This document shows positions 1 to 12,133 of a stretch of DNA of 64,000 nt, piece by piece. The position numbers and the translations under genes are program-made. The first letter of the stretch is position 1; each line of letters opens with the position of its first letter. Below the pieces are notes generated by a model. That model was given only the letters and a program-made list of their open reading frames with translations. It was not told the origin of the DNA and made no database searches. The stretch covers positions 11,811 through 75,810 of the forward strand of contig VERI01000006.1 of the NCBI GenBank assembly GCA_018882785.1. Reading direction: 5' to 3'. The DNA is from Burkholderiaceae bacterium. Lineage in GTDB: Bacteria; Pseudomonadota; Gammaproteobacteria; Burkholderiales; Burkholderiaceae_A.

Positions 1-1586
1 ATATTGATGTCGCTGGCGTGCCGACGACAGCCGCCTGCCCAGACTTCGCATTTACGCCATCCACCCATGCAACTGTGGTGGATCGGCTGCTCGGGGCAGG
101 GGCACACCTGGTCGGTAAAACGAATCTTGACCAGTTCGCCTGCGGTCTGAATGGGACACGCTCGCCCTTTGGTCCGGTTCCGAACGCGGTGAATGCCGCC
201 TATGTTAGTGGTGGGTCGAGTTCCGGATCGGCATTTACAGTGGCCTCTGGACAGGTAGATTTCGCGCTTGGCACCGACACCGCCGGATCCGGCCGTGTTC
301 CAGCGGGGCTCAATGGCATCGTCGGGCTTAAGCCCACCAAAGGGCTCATCAGTACGCACGGTGTGCTGCCCGCCTCTCGTAGTGTGGATTGCGTATCGAT
401 CTTTGCGCGCAACGTGCAGACCGCATGGCGCGTTCTGTCTTCGGCGATGGGATTTGATGCACAGGATCCCTACTCCCGTGAGATTCAGCTAAAGACCAAA
501 CCATTTGGAAAGTCTTTTCGATTCGGAGTCCCCCAACAGCTCGAATGGTATGGAGACACCCTCTCCGAAAACGCATTTACACAGTCGATTGCTCAGATGA
601 AGGCCATCGGCGGCCAAGAGGTGAGGATCGACTACCGCCCATTTCTTGAAGTCGCCAATATGCTCTACGGCAGTGCCCTGCTGGCAGAGCGGCTCGAAGC
701 GCTTGATGAGTTTTTCCAAAGCCAGCCAGAATCGGTGATTGAGCCTGTGAAAACGCTGCTTGAACCGGGACTGAAATTTTCCGGTGTAGACGTTTTCAAG
801 GCACTCACAAAGCTGAAGTCGCTCTCTCAGGTCACCTCTACGATCTGGGCTGATATTGATGTGATGCTCGTGCCCACGGCACCCTCCCACTATCGCATCT
901 CGGACATGCTGGCTGATCCCATCGAACTCAATCGGCGATTGGGCTACTACACAAACTTCGTCAATCTCCTGGACTATGCCGCTCTGTCTATTCCCTCCAC
1001 CATACGGCCAGACGGGCTGCCATTTGGGCTCACGCTAATCGCGCCGGCTGGCAGTGATTGGCAATTGGCAGAGCTGGGCATGCGTCATCAGGCAGCCCTC
1101 GCCCATCACTCAACGGAAGTTTCGAACACGCCCAAGGGCCATCCAAACCCCTGGTCTGCCTTGCCCATCCCTCAACAACAGAATGATGCGGTTCAGGTTG
1201 CCGTGGTCGGCGCCCATCTATCGGGCATGCCATTAAACGGGCAGCTCACCGAGCGCGGTGCCCAGCTGGTAAAAACAACCACCACCGCAGACTGCTATCG
1301 GCTCTACGCGCTCGCCGAGACTCAGCCACCCAAGCCAGGCCTGATTCGTGTCAGCACCGACGGTGCCCCGATCGAGATCGAGATCTGGCGTATCCCAGTT
1401 GCCGAGTACGGCAGCTTTGTCTCAATGATTCCCCGCCCCTTGGGCATTTCCCAGATTCAGACCCGAGATGGAGAACTGGTGCAGGGATTCATCTGTGAGC
1501 CAACAGGTCTTGAGGGCGCTACAGATATCACCGAGTTTGGTGGCTGGCGGGCGTATATCTCTGCCCGGCAGCCCACCATCGCATAA
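1..1586 (+). CDS. allophanate hydrolase (amidase-signature family), 5'-partial, runs off the window start
   Basis: The reading frame is open to base 1. It carries the amidase signature GGSSSGSA...GTDTAGSGR and a C-terminal extension of about 120 aa typical of AtzF/DUR1,2-type allophanate hydrolases. Confidence 0.8.
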   Translation, partial: IDVAGVPTTAACPDFAFTPSTHATVVDRLLGAGAHLVGKTNLDQFACGLNGTRSPFGPVPNAVNAAYVSGGSSSGSAFTVASGQVDFALGTDTAGSGRVPAGLNGIVGLKPTKGLISTHGVLPASRSVDCVSIFARNVQTAWRVLSSAMGFDAQDPYSREIQLKTKPFGKSFRFGVPQQLEWYGDTLSENAFTQSIAQMKAIGGQEVRIDYRPFLEVANMLYGSALLAERLEALDEFFQSQPESVIEPVKTLLEPGLKFSGVDVFKALTKLKSLSQVTSTIWADIDVMLVPTAPSHYRISDMLADPIELNRRLGYYTNFVNLLDYAALSIPSTIRPDGLPFGLTLIAPAGSDWQLAELGMRHQAALAHHSTEVSNTPKGHPNPWSALPIPQQQNDAVQVAVVGAHLSGMPLNGQLTERGAQLVKTTTTADCYRLYALAETQPPKPGLIRVSTDGAPIEIEIWRIPVAEYGSFVSMIPRPLGISQIQTRDGELVQGFICEPTGLEGATDITEFGGWRAYISARQPTIA

Positions 1587-1645
1587 GCAACGTACCCGAC
1601 GGCCACATCCGAGAACCCCTTTCCCCACCCCCCAAGGAGCGCACC

Positions 1646-2680
1646 ATGGCATCACCATCCCACCCCAAGAGCACAGACGTCCCTTCCTCAGCAGTTCATT
1701 GCTCTGCGCAGCGCCGCACATTGCTGAAGGCCTCTGCCGCAGCGGTCGTTGGCCTGGCAAGCCCAGCGATCCTTAAGGCCCAGAGTGGTCCAAAAATTCG
1801 CATCGGCTACTGGCCCGTCGCATCAGGAATTCCATTTTTCGCTGCAGTCGAGAGGGGATTTTTTAAAGAGGCTGGACTTGATGTCGAGGCAGTTCGATTT
1901 GCAAGTCCGCAGCAGGTGGCCGAGGCCATGCTGGCCGGCCGACTGGAGGGAAGCTCAAACGGCACCGCATCCGCAGCGCTCGGTATCGCAGAACTTGCAC
2001 AGCCGGGCTTACTGAAGATTTTCTGTACCAATCCGACCAATGCGAAATATGTGCTGGATGAATTCATCGTCGCCAAAGACAGTACATTGAAGTCAGTAGG
2101 TGAACTCTCCGGAAAAAAAGTGGGCTGTGGGCCAGGTGTGCAGAACGTCACCCTTGCGAGAACTGTTCTCGAACGCGCAGGCTCCAAGAACAACCAGATT
2201 ATTGAGCTACCGATTGCCCAGCATGTGGCTGCCATCGCCGCCGGCCAGGTCGATGCCTGCTACACACTCGAGCCGACCGGCACCATCGGCAGGCTTAATG
2301 GTACGACGCGTAACCTTGAAGTGGGTGTCATTGCCAAATACGTGCTCGGAGACCCGATGGCACCCTGGCACGGCGGCTCTGCAAGCCTGACATCCGAGTT
2401 CATTCAGAAAAATCCGGACATCACCAAGCGTTACATCGCTGCCTATAAAAAAGGTGTTGATCTGGTGAAGACTCGGCCTGCCGACGCCCGGCCCTTCTTA
2501 AAGGGCTATACCGCAATCGAAGGCGCACTCACCAACGAGGTTCCGATGGCGGATTACATGTTCTCGACCGAATTTAAAGCCTCCGATACCGCCGCATTCC
2601 AGAAATTCTTTGATCTGTTTTCAGATAAAGGCATTTTCAGCAAGCGGATCCTGATCGACTCCATTCTTTATAAGGGATAA
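1646..2680 (+). CDS. ABC transporter substrate-binding protein (NMT1/THI5-like, NitT/TauT family) with a Tat-type signal
   Basis: The N-terminus RRTLLKASAAAVVGLASPAILKA looks like a twin-arginine signal. Its size and position directly upstream of a permease and ATPase fit an SBP. Confidence 0.8.
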   Translation: MASPSHPKSTDVPSSAVHCSAQRRTLLKASAAAVVGLASPAILKAQSGPKIRIGYWPVASGIPFFAAVERGFFKEAGLDVEAVRFASPQQVAEAMLAGRLEGSSNGTASAALGIAELAQPGLLKIFCTNPTNAKYVLDEFIVAKDSTLKSVGELSGKKVGCGPGVQNVTLARTVLERAGSKNNQIIELPIAQHVAAIAAGQVDACYTLEPTGTIGRLNGTTRNLEVGVIAKYVLGDPMAPWHGGSASLTSEFIQKNPDITKRYIAAYKKGVDLVKTRPADARPFLKGYTAIEGALTNEVPMADYMFSTEFKASDTAAFQKFFDLFSDKGIFSKRILIDSILYKG

Positions 2681-2682
2681 GC

Positions 2683-3519
2683 ATGGCCCAAGAAGCCGCC
2701 AGTAACACCGCCGCAGGCGCCTGGTCAGGCGCAGCATCCGGACCACCGGCATCCGTCAGCAAGGCGGGGGATCTCACCCGTCTATTGCCGGCTGCCGGGC
2801 CGCTTGTGCTGCTGATCATCTGGGATATCGTGGTCCGGTTCGGGCTCATCAAGGCAATCCTGCTACCACCGCCCCTTGAGACCATGCAGACGCTGATCTC
2901 GGGCATGCTCGGCGGGGCGTTGCTGCATGACTTCTGGGTCACGCTTTATCGCACCCTGGTCGCCTTTGCGGTGGCCGTCGCCCTTGGCATGCCCCTTGGT
3001 ATCGCCTTGGGCAGCAACGAACGGGCCTACCAGAGTGTCGAGTTCGTGGTGGACTTTTTTCGCTCCACCCCCGCTTCGGCACTGATTCCGCTATTTTTGC
3101 TGATATTCGGCACGTCCGATATCAATAAGATCGCGATCGCCTGTTTTGGCGCGTGGCTGCTGATTGTTTTTAATTGTGCCTATGGGGTCATTAACGCACG
3201 CAAGCAGAGAATCGCTGCTGCAAAAGTGATGGGCGCCTCGCGCTGGCAGATATTTAAAGATGTACTGATCTGGGAAAGTCTGCAGGCGTCATTTGTAGGG
3301 CTTCGATCAGCGGTATCCATGGCACTGGTGATTGTGGTGGTTGCCGAAATGTTTATCGGGTCTGAAAGCGGCCTGGGCCATAAGATCATTAATGCCCAGC
3401 AGGTGATGAACACCAAGATGATGTACGCCGCCATCATGTCTGCAGGCATTCTCGGCTATGCCTTGAATATCGCCTTTCTGGCAATCGAGAGAAAAATTGT
3501 CCACTGGAGCGGCCGATGA
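2683..3519 (+). CDS. ABC transporter permease (NitT/TauT family)
   Basis: Polytopic hydrophobic protein of 278 aa. It starts 3 nt after the SBP stop and overlaps the ATPase gene by 4 nt. Confidence 0.85.
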   Translation: MAQEAASNTAAGAWSGAASGPPASVSKAGDLTRLLPAAGPLVLLIIWDIVVRFGLIKAILLPPPLETMQTLISGMLGGALLHDFWVTLYRTLVAFAVAVALGMPLGIALGSNERAYQSVEFVVDFFRSTPASALIPLFLLIFGTSDINKIAIACFGAWLLIVFNCAYGVINARKQRIAAAKVMGASRWQIFKDVLIWESLQASFVGLRSAVSMALVIVVVAEMFIGSESGLGHKIINAQQVMNTKMMYAAIMSAGILGYALNIAFLAIERKIVHWSGR

Positions 3520-4337
3520 CCAAAGTAATTAATGCGCCCTTATTTATCGACGTTCCCCGGCCCCAGTTTCGACCGGGACCCCACGGCACCCACATCACGA
3601 TTCGAGGACTGACCAAGTACTTCGCGGGCTGGCCACTGTATGAAAACTTTGATCTCGATATTCCAAAGGGGAAAATCGTCTCAATTTTTGGGCCCAACGG
3701 ATGTGGCAAATCCACCCTGATCAATATGATCGCCGGCCTGATCCCGATCGATTCCGGTGAGATTCTGTTCGACGGCAAGTCGCTGAAAGACACCACGATT
3801 GGCTATGTATTTCAAAACTACCGCGAGGCCCTCTTTCCTTGGTGGAGAACGATTGACAATATCGCCTACCCCTTGAAACTGATGGGCAAATCAAAGGCCG
3901 AGGTCGACCATCGGCTCGAAGAACTCGTGGAGTCCTTCGATGTCAAGTTTGATCTGAACCGATATCCTTACGAGCTCTCGGGCGGCCAGCAGCAGACTGC
4001 CTCGATCATGCGGGCACTGGCGCCAAATCCTGAGGTACTGTTTCTCGATGAGCCCTTCTCGGCCCTGGATTTTGAGATGACGCTGTTTATCCGGGAAAAG
4101 CTGCAGGAGGTCTTCATGAAGACCCACACCACAATGATGCTGGTCTCCCATGATCTCGAAGAGGCTGTCTATCTGGCCGACCAGATTCTGCTGCTGACCA
4201 AGCGGCCGACCGCGATTGCGGATATCCTGCACTATGATGATGCCCGGCCCCGTACCACAGCGACCCTGTCCGAACCCAGCTTTATTGCCACCAAAAAGCA
4301 GAGCCTAGAGATATTCCAGCGCGAAGTCCGAAAATGA
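3516..4337 (+). CDS. ABC transporter ATP-binding protein
   Basis: Walker A GPNGCGKST, ABC signature LSGGQQQ and Walker B LFLDEPFSALD are all present. Confidence 0.9.
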   Translation: MTKVINAPLFIDVPRPQFRPGPHGTHITIRGLTKYFAGWPLYENFDLDIPKGKIVSIFGPNGCGKSTLINMIAGLIPIDSGEILFDGKSLKDTTIGYVFQNYREALFPWWRTIDNIAYPLKLMGKSKAEVDHRLEELVESFDVKFDLNRYPYELSGGQQQTASIMRALAPNPEVLFLDEPFSALDFEMTLFIREKLQEVFMKTHTTMMLVSHDLEEAVYLADQILLLTKRPTAIADILHYDDARPRTTATLSEPSFIATKKQSLEIFQREVRK

Positions 4338-5059
4338 GTTCAGTCCCCGTCTCAGATTCCTCCAGAGCCCTGTTAAGCGAGGAGGCCTATCAAAAGATTA
4401 AATCAGCGATCTCCAACTTTCTGCTCATTCCCGGAGACCGCTTCACCGAGGCTCAGCTCTGCGAGCTCTTAAATGTCTCTCGAACCCCGATCAGGACTGC
4501 CTTATTCCGTCTTCAACAAGAGGGCTTTGTCGAGGTGCTATTTCGCAATGGCTGGCGCGTCTTGCCCTTTGACTTTCAGCACTATGACGCCCTGTATGAC
4601 TTTCGAATCCTGATCGAAACCGAGGCTGTACAGCGTCTATGCGAGGGCCACAGTCCGGGCGGCCCGGCCAAGCGGCACCCTCTTTTAGCAAAGCTGTCCG
4701 AGGACTGGCTCGTGACAAAGAACCAGCGCAGTACAGATGGACATCGGGTGAGTCAGCTTGATGAGGCGTTTCATTGCACGATTGTGGATGCCTGTGGGAA
4801 TGCTGTCATCAGCCGAACCCACCGCGAGATCACCGAGAAAATTAGGGTGATCCGGCGGCTTGACTTTACCCGCAATCCCCGCATCGATGCGACCTATGAA
4901 GAGCACGGGAAAATTCTTCGGGCCATTCTCCAGCAACGCTCAGATCAGGCGCGAATGCTGATCAAGGCGCACATCGAGACCAGTCAGCTCGAGGTAAAAA
5001 AAATCACTCTCCATCAGCTGGAATCCGCCCGTACAGCCTCAGCTTTGCATCTTCGCTAG
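4334..5059 (+). CDS. GntR family transcriptional regulator (FadR/FCD subfamily)
   Basis: N-terminal winged-HTH (LNVSRTPIRTALFRLQQEGFVE) and a helical C-terminal domain. It overlaps the ATPase gene by 4 nt. Confidence 0.85.
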   Translation: MSSVPVSDSSRALLSEEAYQKIKSAISNFLLIPGDRFTEAQLCELLNVSRTPIRTALFRLQQEGFVEVLFRNGWRVLPFDFQHYDALYDFRILIETEAVQRLCEGHSPGGPAKRHPLLAKLSEDWLVTKNQRSTDGHRVSQLDEAFHCTIVDACGNAVISRTHREITEKIRVIRRLDFTRNPRIDATYEEHGKILRAILQQRSDQARMLIKAHIETSQLEVKKITLHQLESARTASALHLR

Positions 5060-6178
5060 CGCCTGGAGTGCCGTCTTTAAGTGGCCGACAGTCCGCTCTG
5101 GATTCTGAAGTTTCTCCAGACCAAATAGTCCGAGCCGAAAAGTCCTGAAGTCCGCAGGCTCGTCGCACTGCAAGGGTACTCCCGACGCAGTCTGAAGTCC
5201 CAGTTGAATAAACTTCTTGCCGGACTGAATTTCCGGATCCCGGGTGTAACTCACCACCACACAGGGTGCCTGCACCCCCGAGGCTGCAACACTCGGGTAG
5301 CCAAATGACTCGAGCAGCTGTCGGACTTGCCTGCCCAATTCAATCTGCTGTTGACGCGTTTTTTCAAATCCGCACGCCTCGGTCTCGCGCATGACATCGC
5401 GCAGTCGGCACAAAGCATCCGTTGGCATTGTGGTGTGATAGACATGAGATCCCGACTCGTAAGTCTCGATTACCTGAAGCCATTTACGGAGATCGCACGC
5501 ATAACTTGAGCTGGTAGTCTCATCAATCGCTATACGGGCACGTTCACTGAGCATCACCATCGCGCAACAGGGTGAGCTACTCCATCCCTTTTGCGGTGCC
5601 GAGATCAGTACATCCACGCCAGTTGAACGCATATCCACCCACATGGCACCCGACGCGACACAGTCAAGCACCAGTAATCCGCCGACCTCGTGCACCGCAT
5701 TGGCAAGACGAGATAGGTATTCATCCGGCAGGATCATGCCTGCGGAGGTCTCGACATGCGGCGCAAAGACCACCGCCGGACGTTCCCGGGCAATCACTGA
5801 CTCTACCGCCTCGATCGGATGGGGAACCCAAGCGGATTCCGATGCCTGGGCGACTCGCTGGGCCTTTAGCACCACCACCTGATCAGTAATTGCTCCCATT
5901 TCAATAATCTGGGACCAGCGATAACTGAACCAGCCATTACGAATAATGACCACCTTTTTCTTGGTCGCAAACTGGCGGGCAACCGCCTCCATACCAAAGG
6001 TGCCGCTGCCCGGCACCAGAATCGCCGAGCGCGCCGAATAAACTTCCTTGAGCATCGATGAGATGTCACAGACAACGCTCTGGAAGCGCTTTGACATATG
6101 ATTCAAAGCACGGTCTGTATACACAACAGAGAACTCTAAGAGTCCGTCTGGATCGACATCCGGTAGTAGGCCTGGCAT
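5039..6178 (-). CDS. class V (alanine-glyoxylate / serine-pyruvate type) PLP-dependent aminotransferase
   Basis: 379 aa with an SAPQKGW block containing the putative PLP lysine and GSGTFGMEA near the N-terminus. It is convergent with the GntR gene and the two 3' ends overlap by 21 nt. Confidence 0.7.
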   Translation of the reverse strand: MPGLLPDVDPDGLLEFSVVYTDRALNHMSKRFQSVVCDISSMLKEVYSARSAILVPGSGTFGMEAVARQFATKKKVVIIRNGWFSYRWSQIIEMGAITDQVVVLKAQRVAQASESAWVPHPIEAVESVIARERPAVVFAPHVETSAGMILPDEYLSRLANAVHEVGGLLVLDCVASGAMWVDMRSTGVDVLISAPQKGWSSSPCCAMVMLSERARIAIDETTSSSYACDLRKWLQVIETYESGSHVYHTTMPTDALCRLRDVMRETEACGFEKTRQQQIELGRQVRQLLESFGYPSVAASGVQAPCVVVSYTRDPEIQSGKKFIQLGLQTASGVPLQCDEPADFRTFRLGLFGLEKLQNPERTVGHLKTALQALAKMQS

Positions 6179-6422
6179 GTTTCCCCCCTTTTTTTACAGC
6201 TTATTGAGCTTATATAACGGGTGAATTTGAACACCAAACCCTGATGTTTTCAAACCCCTCCCACGAGGCCGCAAAACCCCTTACACTAGATGGCGTCTTA
6301 GACATTAGCTTACAGCGCATCATCACTGTCCTTAAAGCCTGAGGAATTTTTCAGCATTGTGAAAAAAACTGCCGGAAAAACCCAGGCATTCGCCGCAATA
6401 TTTTTCTAAGAAAGCGTTAATT

Positions 6423-7607
6423 TTGGTCATAACGGGCCGTCCATCCGGCATTCTTGTCGTGACACTCGCAGCATTTTGCAGCATGGTCTCGATGAGAATC
6501 TCCGATCCATTGCTGCCAGTGATCTCCGAAGAGTTTCAGATTCCCACCGGTGATGCATCGGTGATCGCGGGTGCATTTGCTATTTCCTATGGGATCAGCC
6601 AGTTCTTATTTGGCCCGCTTGCAGATCGTTTCGGTAAGCTCTACATCTTGGGATGGGCACTGCTTTTATCCGTAATCGCAAACTGCGGCGTGAGTTTTTC
6701 ACAGCAATTTGATGCGATTGTGTTCTGGCGGGCGGTCTCCGGCGCGACTACAGCGGGGATTGTGCCTCTATCTATGGCCTGGATCGGCGAGACGGTTGCC
6801 TATCAAGAACGTCAGCCTACCCTCGCAAAATTTCTATATGGCGTGCTTGGGGGCGTGATTGGCGGGCAGATTATTGGCGGTTTTTATGCCGATTTTGGCC
6901 AGTGGCGCGGAAGCTTTCTGGTGGTGGCCGCCCTTTACCTGACATGTCTCGCGCTTCTCATGGCCTCCGGCACAGCCCAACGGGTCATTCACCAGCCCGA
7001 AACGGGACCAGCTACCAAGGCACACCGCCATTTCATAAACGTCTTTTCGAATCGCTGGGCACTGTTCATTTTGTGCATCACAGGAATCGAGGGGGTATTT
7101 CTTTATGGTGCCATGGTGTTTATTCCCGCCTATCTGCACCTGGAGCTTGATATTCCATTAAGCCTTGCGGGCCTGATGATGTCCGGATTCGGCCTTGGCG
7201 GGCTGTTATATGCCAGCACGGCACGCATGATGCTCAGCCGGCTCAAAGAAACCGGACTTGTCTGGGCGGGTGGGGTGCTCCTGGGAATCGCCTTTTTGCT
7301 GATACTGGTTCAGGTCCACTGGATCATTCCCGCAACAGGAATTTTTGCAATGGGACTCGGCCTTTACATGTTGCACAACACACTACAGACCCACGCCACA
7401 CAGATGGCCCCTGCATCCCGCGGTACGGCGGTATCACTGTTTGCATGCTCTCTGTTTATCGGACAATCAATAGGCATCAGCGCGGCTGGAGTTCTGGTCA
7501 ATTTTGCTGGGTTTACCCCGCTGTTCTGGATTTCAGCGATTGCACTGCCACTACTCTCACTCTGGTTTGCCCACTTCCTGCGTCGTCACCCGCTTAATCA
7601 GCGGTAA
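6423..7607 (+). CDS. MFS transporter
   Basis: About 12 predicted TM segments and the MFS loop motif GPLADRFGK. The start is a TTG and is uncertain. Confidence 0.75.
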   Translation: MVITGRPSGILVVTLAAFCSMVSMRISDPLLPVISEEFQIPTGDASVIAGAFAISYGISQFLFGPLADRFGKLYILGWALLLSVIANCGVSFSQQFDAIVFWRAVSGATTAGIVPLSMAWIGETVAYQERQPTLAKFLYGVLGGVIGGQIIGGFYADFGQWRGSFLVVAALYLTCLALLMASGTAQRVIHQPETGPATKAHRHFINVFSNRWALFILCITGIEGVFLYGAMVFIPAYLHLELDIPLSLAGLMMSGFGLGGLLYASTARMMLSRLKETGLVWAGGVLLGIAFLLILVQVHWIIPATGIFAMGLGLYMLHNTLQTHATQMAPASRGTAVSLFACSLFIGQSIGISAAGVLVNFAGFTPLFWISAIALPLLSLWFAHFLRRHPLNQR

Positions 7608-7643
7608 ACTTTCAGTTATCGACATCGCCGGTATCAGGCGCTG

Positions 7644-8852
7644 ATGCAACCCGGCCAAAGGAGTCGTGTGCACCCATCCCGAATCATTCTGCTTGCCGCC
7701 GGACTATCGCTCGGCCCGACGGTCTCGAACTCATTTGCCCGGTTCGCCTATGCCCTGGTGCTTCCCGCGATGCGGGAGGATCTGGCATTTAATTTCTCAC
7801 AGGCAGGCTTACTGAATACTGCCAATGCGCTGGGCTATCTTTTGGGCGCAATTCTGACCCGGCTGCTTGTGAACCATTGGGGAAACAAGGTGTTGTTTCG
7901 TCAGGGGATGATACTGACCGCAGCCGCCCTAATCGTCACAGGGTTGGTCCATGACCTTTGGTCACTCGCAGCCTGCCGTATCGCGGGTGGTATTGGCGGA
8001 GCCGCGGCCTTTATCTGTGGCGGCGCTTTGGCCGGAAATATTGTCGCCCAAGACCCCAAATGGAGCGCCCGCTGCATCACCATTTATTTCGGTGGCGCTG
8101 GGCTCGGACTTATTCTCTGCGGGGCCTTTGTTCCGCTGTGGCTCGATGCCGAAGGCGCTGCAGGATGGCCAAGCATCTGGATTGCTATGGGAGTTGCCGC
8201 CGCAATCATGACCGCGATCTCACAGACCTGTGTGAACCAGATTGAAGAGCCAAGCCACGCTGCCGGAAGTGCAGCATGGCCGCTCTCTCCGATGCTGGCG
8301 GCGTTTCTGTCCTATATCTGCTTTGGGCTTGGCTATATCGTCTATATGACCTTCATCATTGCCTGGCTAAGAATCCAGGGCGCAACAAGCGGTGATGTCG
8401 CCATCATGTGGTCCATGCTTGGACTTACAACCATTCTCTCCCCATTGGTGTGGTCCGGCCCGCTTGAACGTTGGCGGGGTGGCCGGCCCATGGCTGCCAT
8501 CATGCTAACGCTCGGGATCGGAGCGGGGCTACCCGTCTTGCCGGTGGATCCGTCATGGCAACTTTTTACGATGCAGTGCTCGGCAGCGCTCTTTGGCCTT
8601 GGGATGTTTAACGTACCCGCATCGGTAAGCGCACTGATTAAACACTCATTACCCCGGCCCGCATGGGGGTCTGCCATGGCCACCTTCACGATTGCCTTTG
8701 GCCTGAGTCAGGTGATCGCACCGCTGACCAGCGGATGGATGGCAGATATCAGCGGATCATTACGAGGGGGGCTCACGCTTTCATCTGCAATTATTCTTCT
8801 GGGTGCGGTCCTGGCCTTGGCCCAGCGCCCGCTCCATCGGCAGCAGCACTAG
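7644..8852 (+). CDS. YbfB/YjiJ family MFS transporter
   Basis: 402-aa polytopic protein. The N-terminal FARFAYALVLPAMREDL block is typical of the YbfB/YjiJ family. Confidence 0.75.
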   Translation: MQPGQRSRVHPSRIILLAAGLSLGPTVSNSFARFAYALVLPAMREDLAFNFSQAGLLNTANALGYLLGAILTRLLVNHWGNKVLFRQGMILTAAALIVTGLVHDLWSLAACRIAGGIGGAAAFICGGALAGNIVAQDPKWSARCITIYFGGAGLGLILCGAFVPLWLDAEGAAGWPSIWIAMGVAAAIMTAISQTCVNQIEEPSHAAGSAAWPLSPMLAAFLSYICFGLGYIVYMTFIIAWLRIQGATSGDVAIMWSMLGLTTILSPLVWSGPLERWRGGRPMAAIMLTLGIGAGLPVLPVDPSWQLFTMQCSAALFGLGMFNVPASVSALIKHSLPRPAWGSAMATFTIAFGLSQVIAPLTSGWMADISGSLRGGLTLSSAIILLGAVLALAQRPLHRQQH

Positions 8853-9850
8853 CGATCCAGAAACTGTTCGGTGTCGATTTCCTCTTGGGTCGGCTGGTTA
8901 TATCGCTCACCAGAAACCGTCTGACGATTGACCAATTGGTCTAACGTTGTCATGACACTCGTATCAAGCACAATACTCGCCGCCGCTACGTTATCCCTCA
9001 AGTGATCTATCGATCGTGTCCCGGGAATCACCAGCATCTCGGGATAACGGTTAAGAATCCAGGCCAAGGCAAGCTGGGCCATGGTGCAGCCAGCCTGATC
9101 TGCAATCGACCCTAGCTGGGGTAACAACCGACGATTGTGCGGATAATTCTCTGCCATGAATCTCGGCATCTGCAGCCGAATATCACCGCGCTGAAGTTGC
9201 GATTCTGGATCGGTGAGCTCACCGCCGAAAAAACCACGTCCGAGTGGACTAAAGGCGACAAACGCAGCCCCAATATCACGGCAGGCCTGGATGACAGCAA
9301 TCTCCGGCTCCCGTGTCCATAAGGAATACTCGCTCTGTACTGCCATGATGGGATGCACAGCGTGGGCCTTGCGAATGGTCTCTGCGGATACCTCGGACAG
9401 CCCCACTCCACGAATCTTTCCGGCCTTCACCAGATCAGAGAGGGCACCGACGCTTTCTTCAATGGGCACAGCAAAGTCAAGGCGATGCAGGTAATAAAGA
9501 TCAATGACATCGGTCTGCAGACGTGCCAGTGCCTGATCACAGGTGGCCTTAATAGTCTCCGGCCGGCCATCAATCACACGTTTTCCGTTAACCCCCGTCA
9601 TGCCGCACTTGCTGGCCAGCATAAAACGATGTCGATGGCTCTTCAGAAACCGGCCCAGAAGTTTTTCATTTTCACCGAATCCGTAGAGGGCGGCGGTATC
9701 AAAAAAATCTACGCCCTGATCGATCGCCGCAAGAAAAAGCCGTCCGGCTGACTCCGCATCGGGCAGATCGCCATAGGCATGACTCACATTCATGCAGCCG
9801 AGACCCACCGAAAATACTGAACCATCCCCCAGGGCGCGCCGTTGATTCAC
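8849..9850 (-). CDS. aldo/keto reductase
   Basis: AKR blocks GLGCM...YG, FFDTAALYG, YYLHRLD and VQSEYSLW. I trimmed the ORF to the GTG at 9850 because the longer ORF would overlap ligC. Confidence 0.8.
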   Translation of the reverse strand: MNQRRALGDGSVFSVGLGCMNVSHAYGDLPDAESAGRLFLAAIDQGVDFFDTAALYGFGENEKLLGRFLKSHRHRFMLASKCGMTGVNGKRVIDGRPETIKATCDQALARLQTDVIDLYYLHRLDFAVPIEESVGALSDLVKAGKIRGVGLSEVSAETIRKAHAVHPIMAVQSEYSLWTREPEIAVIQACRDIGAAFVAFSPLGRGFFGGELTDPESQLQRGDIRLQMPRFMAENYPHNRRLLPQLGSIADQAGCTMAQLALAWILNRYPEMLVIPGTRSIDHLRDNVAAASIVLDTSVMTTLDQLVNRQTVSGERYNQPTQEEIDTEQFLDR

Positions 9851-9866
9851 CGTCAGATCTCCCCGA

Positions 9867-11677
<1,811 letters not shown>

Positions 11678-12130
11678 CTAGGCACTCCCTTTTTGCTCTG
11701 ATCGAGCGGCACTGCCCTGCGGCTGCCGATGCGGCTGGGCATCTCCGTCTTCGCCAAGATACCGATTGCCGTCCACGGAGCGTCCACCGCGGATCATCAT
11801 GTCGCGATACTCCTGCTCGGTCATGCCAGTCATGCTGCCGGCCATCTGCTGAAAACTTAACCCATCGGTCGCGCCGACCTTGGCAAGAAAATAAATGTTT
11901 CCCCCAAGCCGCATACACCAGTTCAGATCACGCGCCAGTACCGCCTGCTTCTGTTCTTCGGTCATGGGCCATTCGTCCAGATACGCCCGTTCGTTGGCCT
12001 TAAAACGTGCACGATTATCTGACTTCATCAAGGACATGCAGAACTGATTTAGCCAATAGCCCTTACGGGATTGGTCTGCATCAAAAATGATGGTTCCCGG
12101 TATATCCAGATAGGGTTTATCTAACGCCAT
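11678..12130 (-). CDS. ligA: protocatechuate 4,5-dioxygenase alpha subunit
   Basis: LigA blocks RKGYWLNQFCMSLMK, RFKANERAYLDEW and GSMTGMTEQEY. The gene abuts the ligB start. Confidence 0.92.
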   Translation of the reverse strand: MALDKPYLDIPGTIIFDADQSRKGYWLNQFCMSLMKSDNRARFKANERAYLDEWPMTEEQKQAVLARDLNWCMRLGGNIYFLAKVGATDGLSFQQMAGSMTGMTEQEYRDMMIRGGRSVDGNRYLGEDGDAQPHRQPQGSAARSEQKGSA

Positions 12131-12133
12131 GGT

